DNA of 64,000 nucleotides from contig CAVVJT010000008.1 in NCBI GenBank assembly GCA_963748625.1, positions 64,001 through 128,000 of the forward strand, written 5' to 3'. The position numbers and the translations under genes are program-made. Source of the stretch: an uncultured Chloroflexia bacterium. GTDB taxonomy: Bacteria > Chloroflexota > Limnocylindria > Limnocylindrales > CSP1-4. Numbering within the stretch: position 1 is the first letter of the stretch; every line of letters starts with the position of its first letter. Of the stretch, positions 10,092 to 20,579 are shown one piece after another. The notes beneath the pieces are model-generated. The model was not told the DNA's origin. It saw nothing but the letters and a program-made list of their open reading frames with translations, and ran no database searches.

Positions 10092-12514
10092 TCAGGCGCG
10101 CGGGAGGAGGTTGGCCGGGTCGTACGCCGGCTCGGCCAGGACCACGGCCGGCCTGCGGTCGCCCAGCAATGCCACCGTGAGCTCCGTGCCCGCCGCCTCC
10201 GACCCGGTCGCGACGTACGCGAAGGCGTAGCTCCGGCCGGTCGCGTGCCCGTGCCCGCCCGACGTCGTCACGCCCACCGCGACATCGCCGGCGTACACCG
10301 GCTCACCGCCGCGCGGGTCGTAGTCGGATGCGTCCACGGCCAGCAGGACCAGGTGGGTCGCTGCGCCCTCCGCCTGCCGCGCCTCCACGGCCGCCCGGCC
10401 GCGGAAGTCGTGGTCGAAGCGGACGAACCGGAGCATGCCGGCCTCGACCGGCGTGATCTCGTTGGTCAGCTCGGCGCCCCAGCCCGCGTACCCCTTCTCA
10501 AGGCGCAGGCTGTTCATCGCGTACAGGCCGAAGTCGGCGATCCCGAACGGCTCGCCCTCGGCCCACACCGCCTCGTACACCGCGACCGCCGAGGCCATCG
10601 GCACGTGGAGCTCCCAGCCCAGCTCGCCGACGTAGTTGACCCGCAGCGCGATCACGTCCTGCCCGGCCACACGGGCGGCCTTGGCGGTGAGCCAGGGGAA
10701 GGCCTCGTTCGACAGGTCGGCGTCGGTGATCCCGGCCAGGACCTCCCGGGCCCGCGGCCCGGCCACGATCAGCGTGGTGTACGCCTCGGTCAGGTCCTCG
10801 ATCGTGACGTCCTCGCCGTCGGCCACCGCCAAGCGCAGCATGTCCAGGTCCTGCAGGTGGGCGTAGGCGCCCGACAGCACCAGGAACCGGTCGCCGGGCA
10901 GCCGGGTGATGGTCGCCTCGGTCAGGAAGCGGCCGTTGTCCGACAGGGCGTGCGCAAGCACCATGCCGCCCTCACGGCGCGGCATCCTGTTGGCGAACAC
11001 CCGCTCCAGGGCTGCGGACGCGTCAGAACCCGACACCATGTACGTCGCGAACGACGGCAGCTCCATCACGCCCACGCGCTCGCGCACGGCCCGGCACTCC
11101 TCGGCCACGACCGGGAACGCGTTCGTCCGGCGGAACGTCGGCTCCTCCTCGGTGACGCCCGCCGGCGGGAACCACTTCGGGCGCTCCCAGCCGAAGCCTT
11201 CGCCGAAGATGCAGCCCTTGGCCGCCAGCACCGGGTACAGCGGGGAGGCCTTCGCGGGACGGCCGTCGAGCCGCTCCTCGCCGGGCGGGACCAGCCGGTA
11301 CATGTCCCAGTACTCGCGGTGCGCCTTGGCCGACGCGTAGTCCTGGTCGCAGAACGGCCCGTACCGGCGCGGATCCATGCCCAGCATGTTGATCTCGGCA
11401 TCGCCGTGGACCATCTGCTGCGCGAGGAAGCGGCCGCAGCCGGGACCCTGCGCGATGCCGATGCCCGTGCCGGTGGCCAGCCAGTAGTTGCGCACGCCCG
11501 GTGCGGGTCCCACCAACGGGTTGGAGTCGGGCGTGTGCGAGATCGCCCCGTTCACGACCTTCTTGATCCCGGCCTCGGCGAAGATGGGCATGCGCTCCAT
11601 CACGCGCTCGAGGTACGGCAGGATCCGGTCCAGCTGGGGCTCGAAGAGCTCGAACGTGGAGTCCCAGGCCGGGCCGCCCTGCGCCTTCCAGGCCTCCTCG
11701 GTGTCCTCGTGCTCGTAGATGCCGATCAGGCCCGACTTCTGCTCCTGGCGGTAGTACGAGGAGCAGTGCGGGTCGCGCATGACCGGGATCTCGCCGTCGC
11801 GCTCCAGGAACTCCTTGACCGGCCCCGTCACCACGTACTGGTGCTTCATGTTCGCGAAGCGCGTCTGGACGCCCAGCCAGGCCGACACGCGATCGGCGAA
11901 GCAGCCCGCGGCGTTCACGACGTGCTCGGCGGTGACGTCGCCCTTGTCGGTGCGCACGAGGAACTCGCCCGTGGGCAGCTGCTCGATGCCCAGCACCCGG
12001 GTGTGGATCGAGATGGACGCGCCCAGGCCCTTCGCCTGCTTGGCCATCTGGTTGCAGGCGGAGCTGACGGGTCGACGTAGCCGTCGTCGAGCGTCCACGC
12101 GCCCGCCAGCACGCCCTCGGTGGTGACGTACGGGTTGATCCGCCGGATTTCCTCGGGCGAGATGACCTGCATCCGGAACCCCATCAGGTCCGACACGCCG
12201 GCGACCTTCTTGAAGTAGTCCAGCTCCAGCTGGTTCGTGGCGAAGCGGATACCGCCCGCCTGGTGCCAGCCGGTGGCCTGCGTCTCCGCCTCGAGCCGTG
12301 CGTACAGGTCGTTCGAGTAGGCGTGGACCTTGGCCAGGCTGTAGTCCGCGATGAACGACGGGCACTGTCCGGCGGCGTGCCAGGTGGAGCCCGACGTCAG
12401 CTCGCCCTTCTCGATGAGCAGGACGTCGGTCCAGCCCTCCAGCGCCAGCCCGTGGAGGAGGCCGATGCCCATGGCGCCTCCGCCGATGATCACGACGCGT
12501 GCCTGTGACTGCAT
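10092..12514 (-). CDS. GcvT-family dimethylglycine dehydrogenase-like protein (frameshift near 12065)
   Basis: N-terminus in ORF 11915..12514 (IGGGAMG, SGSTWHAAG, DDGYVDP) continues in ORF 10092..12365 (GWERP, YVGELGWEL, LRLEKGY). Confidence 0.9.
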
Positions 12515-12526
12515 GATCAGCCTCCC

Positions 12527-14066
12527 TCAGATGCGCCAGCGGGCGTTCCCGGGCCGCATCGCGGACCGGGGCAGCTGGATGTCGAACTGTTCCCGGAGCC
12601 GCCGGTCCGTGGTCTCGTCAATGTGCTCGGGGTAGTAGGTCGTGAGGACGTCCCGCACGCGCTCCCGTGCCCGATCGCGCACGTCGTGATAGCCATCCTC
12701 CTCCCAGGCCGTGGGAGGTCGGCGGTCGCCCACCTGCGGGTAGACGAAGTCCGTCTTCATCCGGGCCAGCGTGTCCGGCTGGCCCAGGAAGTGGCCTTCG
12801 CCTGCGACGACGTTGCGGATCACGTCGAAGGCGAGCGTCTCCTCGCTCACCTCCACGCCGCGGATCCCGCGCATGACCGAGCCAAGCATGTCGTTGTCGA
12901 TGACCAGCGCCTCGAGCGACACGGACATCAGGCTCGCCTGCATGCCGGCCGCCTCGAGCACCATCGAGGCGCCCGCTTGGGCGGCGAGGGTGATGGTGTG
13001 CCCCTTCTCGGCGCCGGCCTGCGCGTCGGGGATCTTGGCGTCGGTCATGCCCGCGGCCACGCTGCCGGGCAGGTCCCAGAACCGCAGGAGCTGCGCGCAC
13101 ACCGCGGCCATCGCGCCCTGCTCGCCGCTGCCGCCGGTCATGGCACCCGTGCGCAGGTCGGAGACGAACGGGAAGAACGAGATGGGCGCGGCACAGGCGG
13201 GGTCCAGGAGCGAGGCGAAGACGAGGCCCGCGAGTCCATCGGCGGCGGCCTGCGCCACGGTGCCCGCGAGCGTCACAGGTCCGGTCGCCCCGGCCTGGGG
13301 CGCGATCACCAAGTTGACGGGCACCCCGGCGCGGATGCCCGCCTCGAGCGCGAGGCAGGAGTCCGCGGCGAACCGCATCGGCGGCACCACGAAGGTGCAC
13401 GCGATCGACGCGATGGGCCGCTCCCGGCGCGCCCGCTCCCCGCCCGCCACCACGTCGAGGAGCTCAACGCCGCGCTGCACGCTGGCGTCGTTGACGAACG
13501 AGGCCGTGGCGTGCTTGGTGGAGCCCGCCAGCAGGGCGTACATGGTGTTGAGGTCCATCGCCTCCCAGCCGTCCACGTCGCGGGCGACCGAGGTGCGCCA
13601 GTTGAAGTGGATGTTGTCGAGGCGGTCGATGAGGCGGCTGATGTCGTAGACATCGGCGAGGGTCGAGGGGCGGGTCCGGTCCGTCCCGAAGTCCAGCATC
13701 AGCGGCGCCGCGCCGGCGGTCCCGAGGTGCACACGCCCGCCGCCGAGCAGCAGATCGTGGCGGGGGTCCTGGCCGGCCAGCAGCACGCTGCTCGGCGACC
13801 TGGCGATGACGTCCTCCAGCGAGGGCCCGCGGGATGTGCAGGCGGCCGTCGTCGTCGAGGCGGCAGCCACCCGCGGTCATCACCTCGATCATCGACGGGG
13901 TCGCACCGGCGTAGCCGATCTCGTCCGCGAGCCGCAGCGCCGTGGCGTGCAGCAGCTCCAGCTCGTGGCGGGTCAGGGGCTCGTAGCGGCCGCCCACCAG
14001 GCCGGCGGGCGCGACGGGCGCGGTCTCTCCGCTGCGGGGCCGTTCCCGTCGTCCGGTTCGCGTCAT
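12527..14066 (-). CDS. Trimethylamine methyltransferase (MttB) family, non-pyrrolysine, glycine-betaine methyltransferase-like (frameshift near 13820)
   Basis: N-terminus in ORF 13464..14066 (GGRYEPLT) joins ORF 12527..13870 (AGATGPVTLAG, SDLRTGAM, DAKIPDAQAG.EK, GEGHFLG); no in-frame TAG. Confidence 0.9.
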
Positions 14067-14088
14067 GGCGGCCTCCCTCGCGTGGTCG

Positions 14089-16581
14089 TCAGGCCCGGAT
14101 GCGGGCGTTGGTCGGGTCGTAGGGCGCTCGCAGCGACGCGGTGGCGCCGAAGCGCTCGCCCGCGACCTCCAGCTCGTAGCGGCCGGCGTTGATCCACTCG
14201 GGGGTTGCCGGGCCGCCGTCGGTGCGCTTGACGTAGCCGAGGCCGATGGAGCGCCCGATGGTGTGGCCGAACATGGCCGAGGTGATCCAGCCCACGAGCT
14301 CGCCGTCTCGCCAGACGGGCTCGTTGTGGTACATCAGCGGCTCGTGGTCGTCGAGGACGAAGGCGACGAGGCGCCTGGTGAGGCCCGCCTCGCGCTGGCG
14401 CAGCAGGGCCTCGCGGCCGATGAAGCCGCCAGGCTTGTCCCAGGCCGCCGTGAAGCCGAGACCGGCCTCGAGGAGCGTGTCCTCGTCGCTCATGTCGTGA
14501 CCCCAGTGGCGGTACGCCTTCTCCATCCGTAGGGAGTTGAGGGCGTGGTAGCCGGCATGGCGGAGGTCGAAGGCCGCGCCCGCCTCGACGATCGCGTCGT
14601 AGATATGGGTGGCGAACTCCATCGGCGCGTAGAGCTCCCAGCCCAGCTCGCCCACGTAGGTCGTGCGGGCCGCTCGGGCGAACGCGTAGCCGAGGTCGAT
14701 CTCGCGCGCGGTCCCGAACGGGAAGGCCTCGTTGGACAGGTCCGCGTCCGTCATCGACTGCAGGAGCGCGCGCGAGCGCGGGCCCATGATGCTGATCACG
14801 GCCTCGGCGGAGGTCGTGTCGGTCAGGGTCACGTGGGCGTCGGGGTCCACGTGCTTCGCGATCCAGTCCAGGTCACGCATGGTCTGGGTGCCGGTGGTGA
14901 CGACCAGGAACCGGTCGACCGCGAGGCGCGTGACCGTCACGTCCGCCTCGACGCCACCCCACTCGTTGCAGAACTGGGTGTAGACGATGCGCCCGGGCGC
15001 CACGTCCACGTCGGCGGTGCAGATCCGGTTGAGTTCCCGCGCGGCATCGCGCCCGGCGACCTGGATCTTGCCGAAGGAGGTCTGGTCGAAGAGCGTGACG
15101 CCCTCGCGGACGGCGCGGTGCTCCTCGGCCGAGTAGGGGAACCAGTTCTGGCGGCCGTACGAGTATTCGTAGCGCGGCTCCACACCGTCGGGGGCGTACC
15201 AGTTCGCGCGCTCCCAGCCGTAGACCTCCCCGAAGCACGCGCCCTTCGCGGCCAGCCGGTCGTGGAGCGGCGAGCGGCGGATGCCGCGGGCCGTCTCGAC
15301 CTGGCGGAACGGCCAGTGCATCTCGTAGAGCAGGCCCAGGGTCTCGGTCGTGCGCTCGTGGAGGTAGCGGCGGCTGCGCTGGAACGGCATGAACCGCCGG
15401 ATGTCCACCTCCCAGAGGTCCATCGGCGGCCGCGCGTCGACCACCCAGTCGGCCACGGCCTTGCCTGCACCCGGTCCCGACGCGAAGCCGACCGAGTTGA
15501 AGCCGGCGGCGACGAAGTACCCGGGGAGCTGGGGCGCCTCGCCCAGGATGTAGCGGTCGTCGGGGGTGAAGGACTCGGGGCCGTTGAAGAAGAGCTGGAT
15601 GCCCACCTGGCCGAAGGCAGGGATCGCCTTGGCCGCGGCGAGGATGTGGGGCTCGAGGTGGTCCCAGTCCTCGGGCAGGGTCATGAAGCCGTCGTTGTCG
15701 GGGATCCCGTGCGTGGCCCAGGGCTTGGCACCTGGCTCGAAGAAGCCGACCATCAGCTTGCCGGCCTCGTTGCGCGCGTAGGTGCAGATGTCCGGCATGC
15801 GCAGGACCGGCAGGTCGGGCGCGAGGCCGGGCACTTCCTCGGTGACGAGGTAGAAGTGCTCGGCGGCATGGAGCGGGACCACGATGTCGTCCTGGGCGCC
15901 CAGCTCCCGGGCCCACATGCCGGTGCAGCTGACGACGTACTCGCACTCGATGATGCCGCGGTCCGTCTCGACGCCCGCGACCCTGCCGTCCTTGCGCAGG
16001 ATGCGCGTCACCTTCGTGTTCTCGAAGACCTGCGCGCCACCCATGCGCGCGGCCTTGGCCATCGCGAGGGTGGTGTCCACCGGGTTGGCCATGCCGTCGC
16101 CTGGGATGAAGGCGGCGCCGACCACCCCGTCGGTGTCCATCAGGGGCCACATCTCGCCGAGCCGCTCGGGCGTGATGAACTCCAGGTCCACGCCCTGCAG
16201 CTTCGCCATCGACGCACCGCGGCGGATCTCGTCCCAGCGGCCCTCGGTATGGGCGACCAGCACTGACCCGTGCTGCACGAAGCCGGTCGAGTCGCCGGTG
16301 CGCCGCTCGAGGTCGCGGAAGAGGTCCTTCGCGTAGCTCGCGAGCGCGGTCATGTTGTACGTGGCGCGGAGCTGCCCGACGAGGCCGGCGGCATGCCAGG
16401 TCGTGCCGGAGGTGAGCTTCTTGCGCTCGAGGAGGACGACGTCCGTCCAGCCGCGCTCCGTCAGGTGGAACAGGACGCTCGTGCCGACGATGCCGCCGCC
16501 GATGACGACGACGCGCGCCTGGGTCGGGAAGGCGGGGGCTCCGGTTGTCCCGGGGGCGGTGGCGGGCTGCCCGTCGTGCAT
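14089..16581 (-). CDS. GcvT-family FAD-dependent oxidoreductase (sarcosine/dimethylglycine dehydrogenase type)
   Basis: IGGGIVG, SGTTWHAAG, GPESFTPD, GWERANW, YVGELGWEL, LRMEKAY; ATG 16581 with GGAGGAG. Confidence 0.94.
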   Translation of the reverse strand: MHDGQPATAPGTTGAPAFPTQARVVVIGGGIVGTSVLFHLTERGWTDVVLLERKKLTSGTTWHAAGLVGQLRATYNMTALASYAKDLFRDLERRTGDSTGFVQHGSVLVAHTEGRWDEIRRGASMAKLQGVDLEFITPERLGEMWPLMDTDGVVGAAFIPGDGMANPVDTTLAMAKAARMGGAQVFENTKVTRILRKDGRVAGVETDRGIIECEYVVSCTGMWARELGAQDDIVVPLHAAEHFYLVTEEVPGLAPDLPVLRMPDICTYARNEAGKLMVGFFEPGAKPWATHGIPDNDGFMTLPEDWDHLEPHILAAAKAIPAFGQVGIQLFFNGPESFTPDDRYILGEAPQLPGYFVAAGFNSVGFASGPGAGKAVADWVVDARPPMDLWEVDIRRFMPFQRSRRYLHERTTETLGLLYEMHWPFRQVETARGIRRSPLHDRLAAKGACFGEVYGWERANWYAPDGVEPRYEYSYGRQNWFPYSAEEHRAVREGVTLFDQTSFGKIQVAGRDAARELNRICTADVDVAPGRIVYTQFCNEWGGVEADVTVTRLAVDRFLVVTTGTQTMRDLDWIAKHVDPDAHVTLTDTTSAEAVISIMGPRSRALLQSMTDADLSNEAFPFGTAREIDLGYAFARAARTTYVGELGWELYAPMEFATHIYDAIVEAGAAFDLRHAGYHALNSLRMEKAYRHWGHDMSDEDTLLEAGLGFTAAWDKPGGFIGREALLRQREAGLTRRLVAFVLDDHEPLMYHNEPVWRDGELVGWITSAMFGHTIGRSIGLGYVKRTDGGPATPEWINAGRYELEVAGERFGATASLRAPYDPTNARIRA

Positions 16582-16635
16582 CGCGTTCGGCTCCTCCTGC
16601 GTACCCGGCTCCTGCGGCGAGGCCACCGGAGCGCG

Positions 16636-16668
16636 GATCATAACACCGCAATATTACAAATAGAAGAG
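16636..16668 (-). promoter_or_regulatory. Sigma70-type promoter (TTCTAT-17-TATGAT, extended TG) of the dehydrogenase-mttB-etf operon, with an overlapping imperfect palindrome
   Basis: AT-rich patch in GC-rich DNA; 16640-16657 matches 17345-17362 at 11 of 18 positions. Confidence 0.6.
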
Positions 16669-16674
16669 GGGATC

Positions 16675-17304
16675 TCAGGCGGCCTCGGCCGGCCTGAGCA
16701 GCGCCGTCGCGGTGTCCAGGAGCAGGGCCCGGATGCGGTCCGCGTCGATGTCCGGGGCGCCCAGCGAGATGCCCACCGAGGCCCCGTCGCCGATCATGAT
16801 GAACAGGTTGACGATGTCCTCCGCCGCGAGCACCGGGTGGAAGACGCCCGCCTCGACCCCGGCCTCGATCGCATCGCGGAACGGCGGGCGCCAGGCGTCG
16901 TAGAAGCCGTCGAGCTTCGCGCGCAACACGTCGTCGCGGGCCATGGCGCAGAACTCGATCCAGATGCGACTCCGCCACAGCGCAGGCTCCGGCAGCGAGG
17001 CGCTCAGCAGCGCGACCATGCGCGACCACGGGTCGCCCTCGTCGGGGACGGCGTCGGTCCAGGTGCGCAGGCGGCGCTCGGCGGACCAGTCGAAGAGGTC
17101 CTCGATCAGGCGGTCACGGGTGTCGAAGTAGTGCTGCACCGTGCCGACGGAGACGCCGGCGGCCTCCGCGACGTCCCGCAGACGGCTTCGCTCGACACCG
17201 TGGCTGACCAGGAGGGACTCGGCGGCCGACAGGATGCGCTCGCGCTGGGCCGCCCGGAGCACCTCGTCCCGCGGCCGTCCTGCCAACGCGCGTTCCTCCC
17301 TCAT
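16675..17304 (-). CDS. TetR family regulator (BetI-like C-terminal domain)
   Basis: RERILSAA...LRDVAEAAGVSVGTVQHYF HTH; WIEFCA BetI-type segment. Alternative start at 17349. Confidence 0.9.
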   Translation of the reverse strand: MREERALAGRPRDEVLRAAQRERILSAAESLLVSHGVERSRLRDVAEAAGVSVGTVQHYFDTRDRLIEDLFDWSAERRLRTWTDAVPDEGDPWSRMVALLSASLPEPALWRSRIWIEFCAMARDDVLRAKLDGFYDAWRPPFRDAIEAGVEAGVFHPVLAAEDIVNLFIMIGDGASVGISLGAPDIDADRIRALLLDTATALLRPAEAA

Positions 17305-17344
17305 GTGGCTGTTGCCGCGGGCTGGCGTGTGTCCACGAGCATTC

Positions 17345-17362
17345 ACCATACGGGAGTATGAC
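17345..17362. promoter_or_regulatory. Palindrome CATAC-GGGA-GTATG, candidate TetR autoregulatory operator
   Basis: Inverted repeat overlapping a TATGGT -10-like hexamer upstream of tetR. Confidence 0.5.
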
Positions 17363-17397
17363 GTATCGCGACAGAGGAGGCGACCGCTGCCTGATAC

Positions 17398-17432
17398 GCC
17401 GACGACCGCCCCAGGGATGGGCGGTCGTCGGC
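17398..17432. terminator. Strong hairpin downstream of nirK
   Basis: GCCGACGACCGCCC-N7-GGGCGGTCGTCGGC, 14-bp perfect stem; no clear U-tract. Confidence 0.55.
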
Positions 17433-17511
17433 AAGGGGAGGAGAGTTGAGACGGGGATGGCGGCCCGGCGCCCTCAGCGGCCGGGCCGCCATCGATGCCT
17501 GGAGGTGGCGG

Positions 17512-18909
17512 TCAGTTGAGCGGGTCGCCGTCGCCGGCGCTGAAGATGCCGAGCGCCCCGTGACCGACGAGGTTGAACGCGTGGGACACGAACGGGTACA
17601 TGCCGTCCTCGGCCGCGGTGAACTCGATGATCGCGCCCTGGGCAGGGGAGAGATCCACCGCCTGGGCGCCCCAGCCGCCCGCGTTGCCGCGCCGCAGCTC
17701 GATGCCCTCCTTGACGACGTTGTCGAAGATCGTGCCGACGACGTGGTAGGAGCTGTCCATGGACGGCCCGGCGTCGAGCACGAAGACGCGCACGTTCTTG
17801 GCGGGCTCGATCTGGATCGGGTTGTCGGCGTACTGGTTGGCGACGCCGTTGAAGACCACGAAGTCGGGCGCGGCAGCCGTCTGGTTGGCCTTGGCGTAGT
17901 CGGCCGGCTGGCCCTGGGCGCCGAGGTACCACTCACTCTGGACGAAGGCGAACTCCTGGTCGACAGGGGGCAAGCCACCCTCCGGCTCGACAATGACCAT
18001 GCCGAACATGCCGTTGGCGATGTGGTGCAGGGCGGGCGCCGTCCCGCAGTGGTACATCCAGACGCCCGCGTAGTCGGCGGTGAAGGTGTAGGTGAACGTC
18101 GCGCCGGGCTTGATCTCCACCATCTGGTGGTTCATCGCGGTCTGGCTGGCGTGGAAGTCGATCGAGTGGCTCATCTGGCCGTCGTTGCGGAGGTGGACGT
18201 TGACGGTATCGCCGAGCTTCACCCGGATCGCCGGGCCGGGCACGGTGCCGCCAAAGGTCCACGCGTGGACCACGAACCCGTCGGCGACGGTGATGTCCTT
18301 CTCGATGATCGGGAAGTCGACGTCGTGGACGGTGCCCGCGAGCAGCTTGGGCGCCTTGGGGTCGTAGACGGTGTACTTGGGGGCGTTCGGGTCGGCGACG
18401 GGGCTGGTCGCGGCGGCCGGCGCGGTGCTGGCCGCCGGCTCCTCCATGCCCGGCATGGCGGCACCCGCGACGGTGATTGCGCCGGTCATGCCCGCCTGCT
18501 CGTGGCCGGGAATCGAGCAGATGTACGTCAGACCGCCGTCGGGGACGGTGACCTGGCTGGTGGCGGTCTGGCCGGCCTCGGCGACGAGCTGGGTTCCGTC
18601 GGCGAAGGTGATGTCGTGGGTCGTGGTCCCCGTGTTGGCGAGGGTGACCTCGTACGTGCCTGCGGCCGGGACGGTGATGGCGGCGGGCGTGAAGCCGAGG
18701 TCGAACGACTCGAACGCGATGCTGCCGGTTGTGGCGGTCGTGGCCTCGCCGGCGGTGTTGCCGGGCTGGTCGACGGGCGCCTGGACCGTCGGGGGATTCG
18801 GCGTGGACGGGGGCCCGAAGCTCCAGGCGGGGGCGGCGGCGTTGCCGCAAGCGGCGGTCACGAGCGCGAGCAGCACGGCGGCTGCAAGGGGACGACGGCT
18901 GTGAACCAT
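17512..18909 (-). CDS. nirK: Copper-containing nitrite reductase lipoprotein with extra N-terminal cupredoxin domain
   Basis: Lipobox VTAA-C; cupredoxin H...CSIPGHEQAGM; NirK core HSIDFH, YHCGTAPALHHIANGM, SYHVVG, YPFVSH. Confidence 0.88.
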   Translation of the reverse strand: MVHSRRPLAAAVLLALVTAACGNAAAPAWSFGPPSTPNPPTVQAPVDQPGNTAGEATTATTGSIAFESFDLGFTPAAITVPAAGTYEVTLANTGTTTHDITFADGTQLVAEAGQTATSQVTVPDGGLTYICSIPGHEQAGMTGAITVAGAAMPGMEEPAASTAPAAATSPVADPNAPKYTVYDPKAPKLLAGTVHDVDFPIIEKDITVADGFVVHAWTFGGTVPGPAIRVKLGDTVNVHLRNDGQMSHSIDFHASQTAMNHQMVEIKPGATFTYTFTADYAGVWMYHCGTAPALHHIANGMFGMVIVEPEGGLPPVDQEFAFVQSEWYLGAQGQPADYAKANQTAAAPDFVVFNGVANQYADNPIQIEPAKNVRVFVLDAGPSMDSSYHVVGTIFDNVVKEGIELRRGNAGGWGAQAVDLSPAQGAIIEFTAAEDGMYPFVSHAFNLVGHGALGIFSAGDGDPLN

Positions 18910-19003
18910 GATGTGATCCTTTCGAGCTTCCCGGCCGGCTGTCCGGGCGGTCCGTGCCTTCACCGCTGGCGTCCTTGCGCCGGGCGGCTCCCTGAGGCAC
19001 CGT

Positions 19004-19028
19004 AACTATCACTAATTTAGTATACGTT
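19004..19028. promoter_or_regulatory. AT-rich imperfect 12-1-12 palindrome in the nirK divergent promoter; candidate Rrf2/NsrR-type operator
   Basis: AACTATCACTAA-T-TTAGTATACGTT, with perfect core ACTAA-T-TTAGT. Confidence 0.55.
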
Positions 19029-19029
19029 T

Positions 19030-20496
19030 GTGATGATGACAAGTGACCCGAACCAGGCAGGCCGTCCGGCCCCTCGTGGGGCAGGTGGTCCGGAGCCTCC
19101 CGCCAGCCCGCAGCCCGTTTCGCAACGGGAGGCGCCCGTGCAGCGACGGGAGCCGCCCGCGCGCGCGCCGCTGGCCGTTCCGCTCCGGACCGTGCCCCTG
19201 CCTTCCGGTCCCCAGGGGCCGTATCGCCCCGGCCCGCGCCGCGCCGACGACCGGCGGATCGCGACGGCATCGATCGTCCTCGCGGCCACCTTCCTCGTCT
19301 TGGCGGTCGCCTCGATCGTTGCGGCGGCGCTCGGGGCTGCGGTCCTCTCGCCGTGGCTGCCGCTGCATCTCGCGCTGGCCGGCGGCGCGTCCACCGCGAT
19401 CGCCGGGGTCATGCCGTTCTTCGTCAGCGCCCTGGCGGCGGGCTATCCGGCGGATCGCCGGCTTCGGGCCGGCGCGGTGGCGCTGGTGGCTGTCGGGGCG
19501 GGGCTGGTCGCGCTGCGCGGGGTGGTGCTTCCCGCGGCGGGCGGGGAGCTGGTAGCCCTGCTCCCGGCGCTCGGCGGGTCGCTGTACCTGCTGGGGATCG
19601 GCGCGACGGCGCTGGCGGTGCGGGACGGTGGGCGCGCCGGCCTGATGATGCGGCGACCGGTGGTCACGTTCGGGTACACGATGGCGCTGCTGAACGTGGC
19701 CGTGGGTGCGCTCCTCGCGACGCTCATGGTGGCGGGGTGGGGGCCGGTCCTGGAGCGATGGGTGGTCCTGCGGCCCGCGCACGCCTGGACCAACCTCATC
19801 GGGTTCGTGTCGCTGGTGATCGTGGCGACGCTGCTGCACTTCCTGCCGACGGTGCTCGGGACGCGGATCCTGCCGCGCCGCTCGGCGGTGGTGGCCGTGT
19901 ATGCCGTGGGGCTCGCCGCGCCGGTGGTGGTCGGGGGCCTGCTGCTTGGGGTGGGGGCAGTGGCGGCCGCAGGCGGGCTGCTCGGTGTGGTCGGCGCGAT
20001 CGCGATGGGCGTGGAGGCGACCTCTGTCGTCCGCGACCGCGGCGCCTGGACGAGCGACGCCGGGTGGCACCGCTTCGCATCGGCCGGCCTGGTGAACGGC
20101 GTCGGCTGGTTCGTGGTGGGGACGGCGGTCGCCGCGTGGCTCCTCATCACCGACGGCGCGACGGCCGGCGCCTGGTCGACGGCCCTGGTGGGGGCGCCCC
20201 TGGTGCTGGGCTGGGTGGCCCAGGTGCTGATGGCTTCGTGGACGCATCTGCTGCCATCGATCGGCCCGGGCGGCCCCGCCGACCACGCAGTCCAGCGGCG
20301 GACATTGGGGCGTGCGTCACGGACGCGGCTGGTGGCGCTCAACGCGGGGGTCGCGCTCGTGGCGGTGGGCTGGCCGCTGGGCGCACCGCCGCTCGCAGGG
20401 GCCGGTCTGGCCCTGTTCGCGGCTGGCCTGCTCGGGACGGTCGTCCTCACGGTGCTCGCCCTGCGCGTGCCGAAGCCTGGCAACGAGCGTCCCTGA
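19030..20496 (+). CDS. Polytopic membrane protein (about 12 TM) with His motifs; NnrS-like / NirK-associated
   Basis: Repeated hydrophobic helices; WLPLHLALAG, HAWTNLIGFVSL..LLHFLPT, SWTHLLP. Confidence 0.7.
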   Translation: MMMTSDPNQAGRPAPRGAGGPEPPASPQPVSQREAPVQRREPPARAPLAVPLRTVPLPSGPQGPYRPGPRRADDRRIATASIVLAATFLVLAVASIVAAALGAAVLSPWLPLHLALAGGASTAIAGVMPFFVSALAAGYPADRRLRAGAVALVAVGAGLVALRGVVLPAAGGELVALLPALGGSLYLLGIGATALAVRDGGRAGLMMRRPVVTFGYTMALLNVAVGALLATLMVAGWGPVLERWVVLRPAHAWTNLIGFVSLVIVATLLHFLPTVLGTRILPRRSAVVAVYAVGLAAPVVVGGLLLGVGAVAAAGGLLGVVGAIAMGVEATSVVRDRGAWTSDAGWHRFASAGLVNGVGWFVVGTAVAAWLLITDGATAGAWSTALVGAPLVLGWVAQVLMASWTHLLPSIGPGGPADHAVQRRTLGRASRTRLVALNAGVALVAVGWPLGAPPLAGAGLALFAAGLLGTVVLTVLALRVPKPGNERP

Positions 20497-20579
20497 ACTG
20501 GCCCCAGGCCGGCCAAGGGGCCCGCCCCGCCCCACTTCGCCTCCTGTCACACGGCGCCGCGACGATCCCCCATCCGCGT

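Noticed and set aside
12527-14066. Pyrrolysine recoding or programmed frameshift in mttB
   Set aside because: No in-frame TAG; the break looks like a single extra base without a slippery site.
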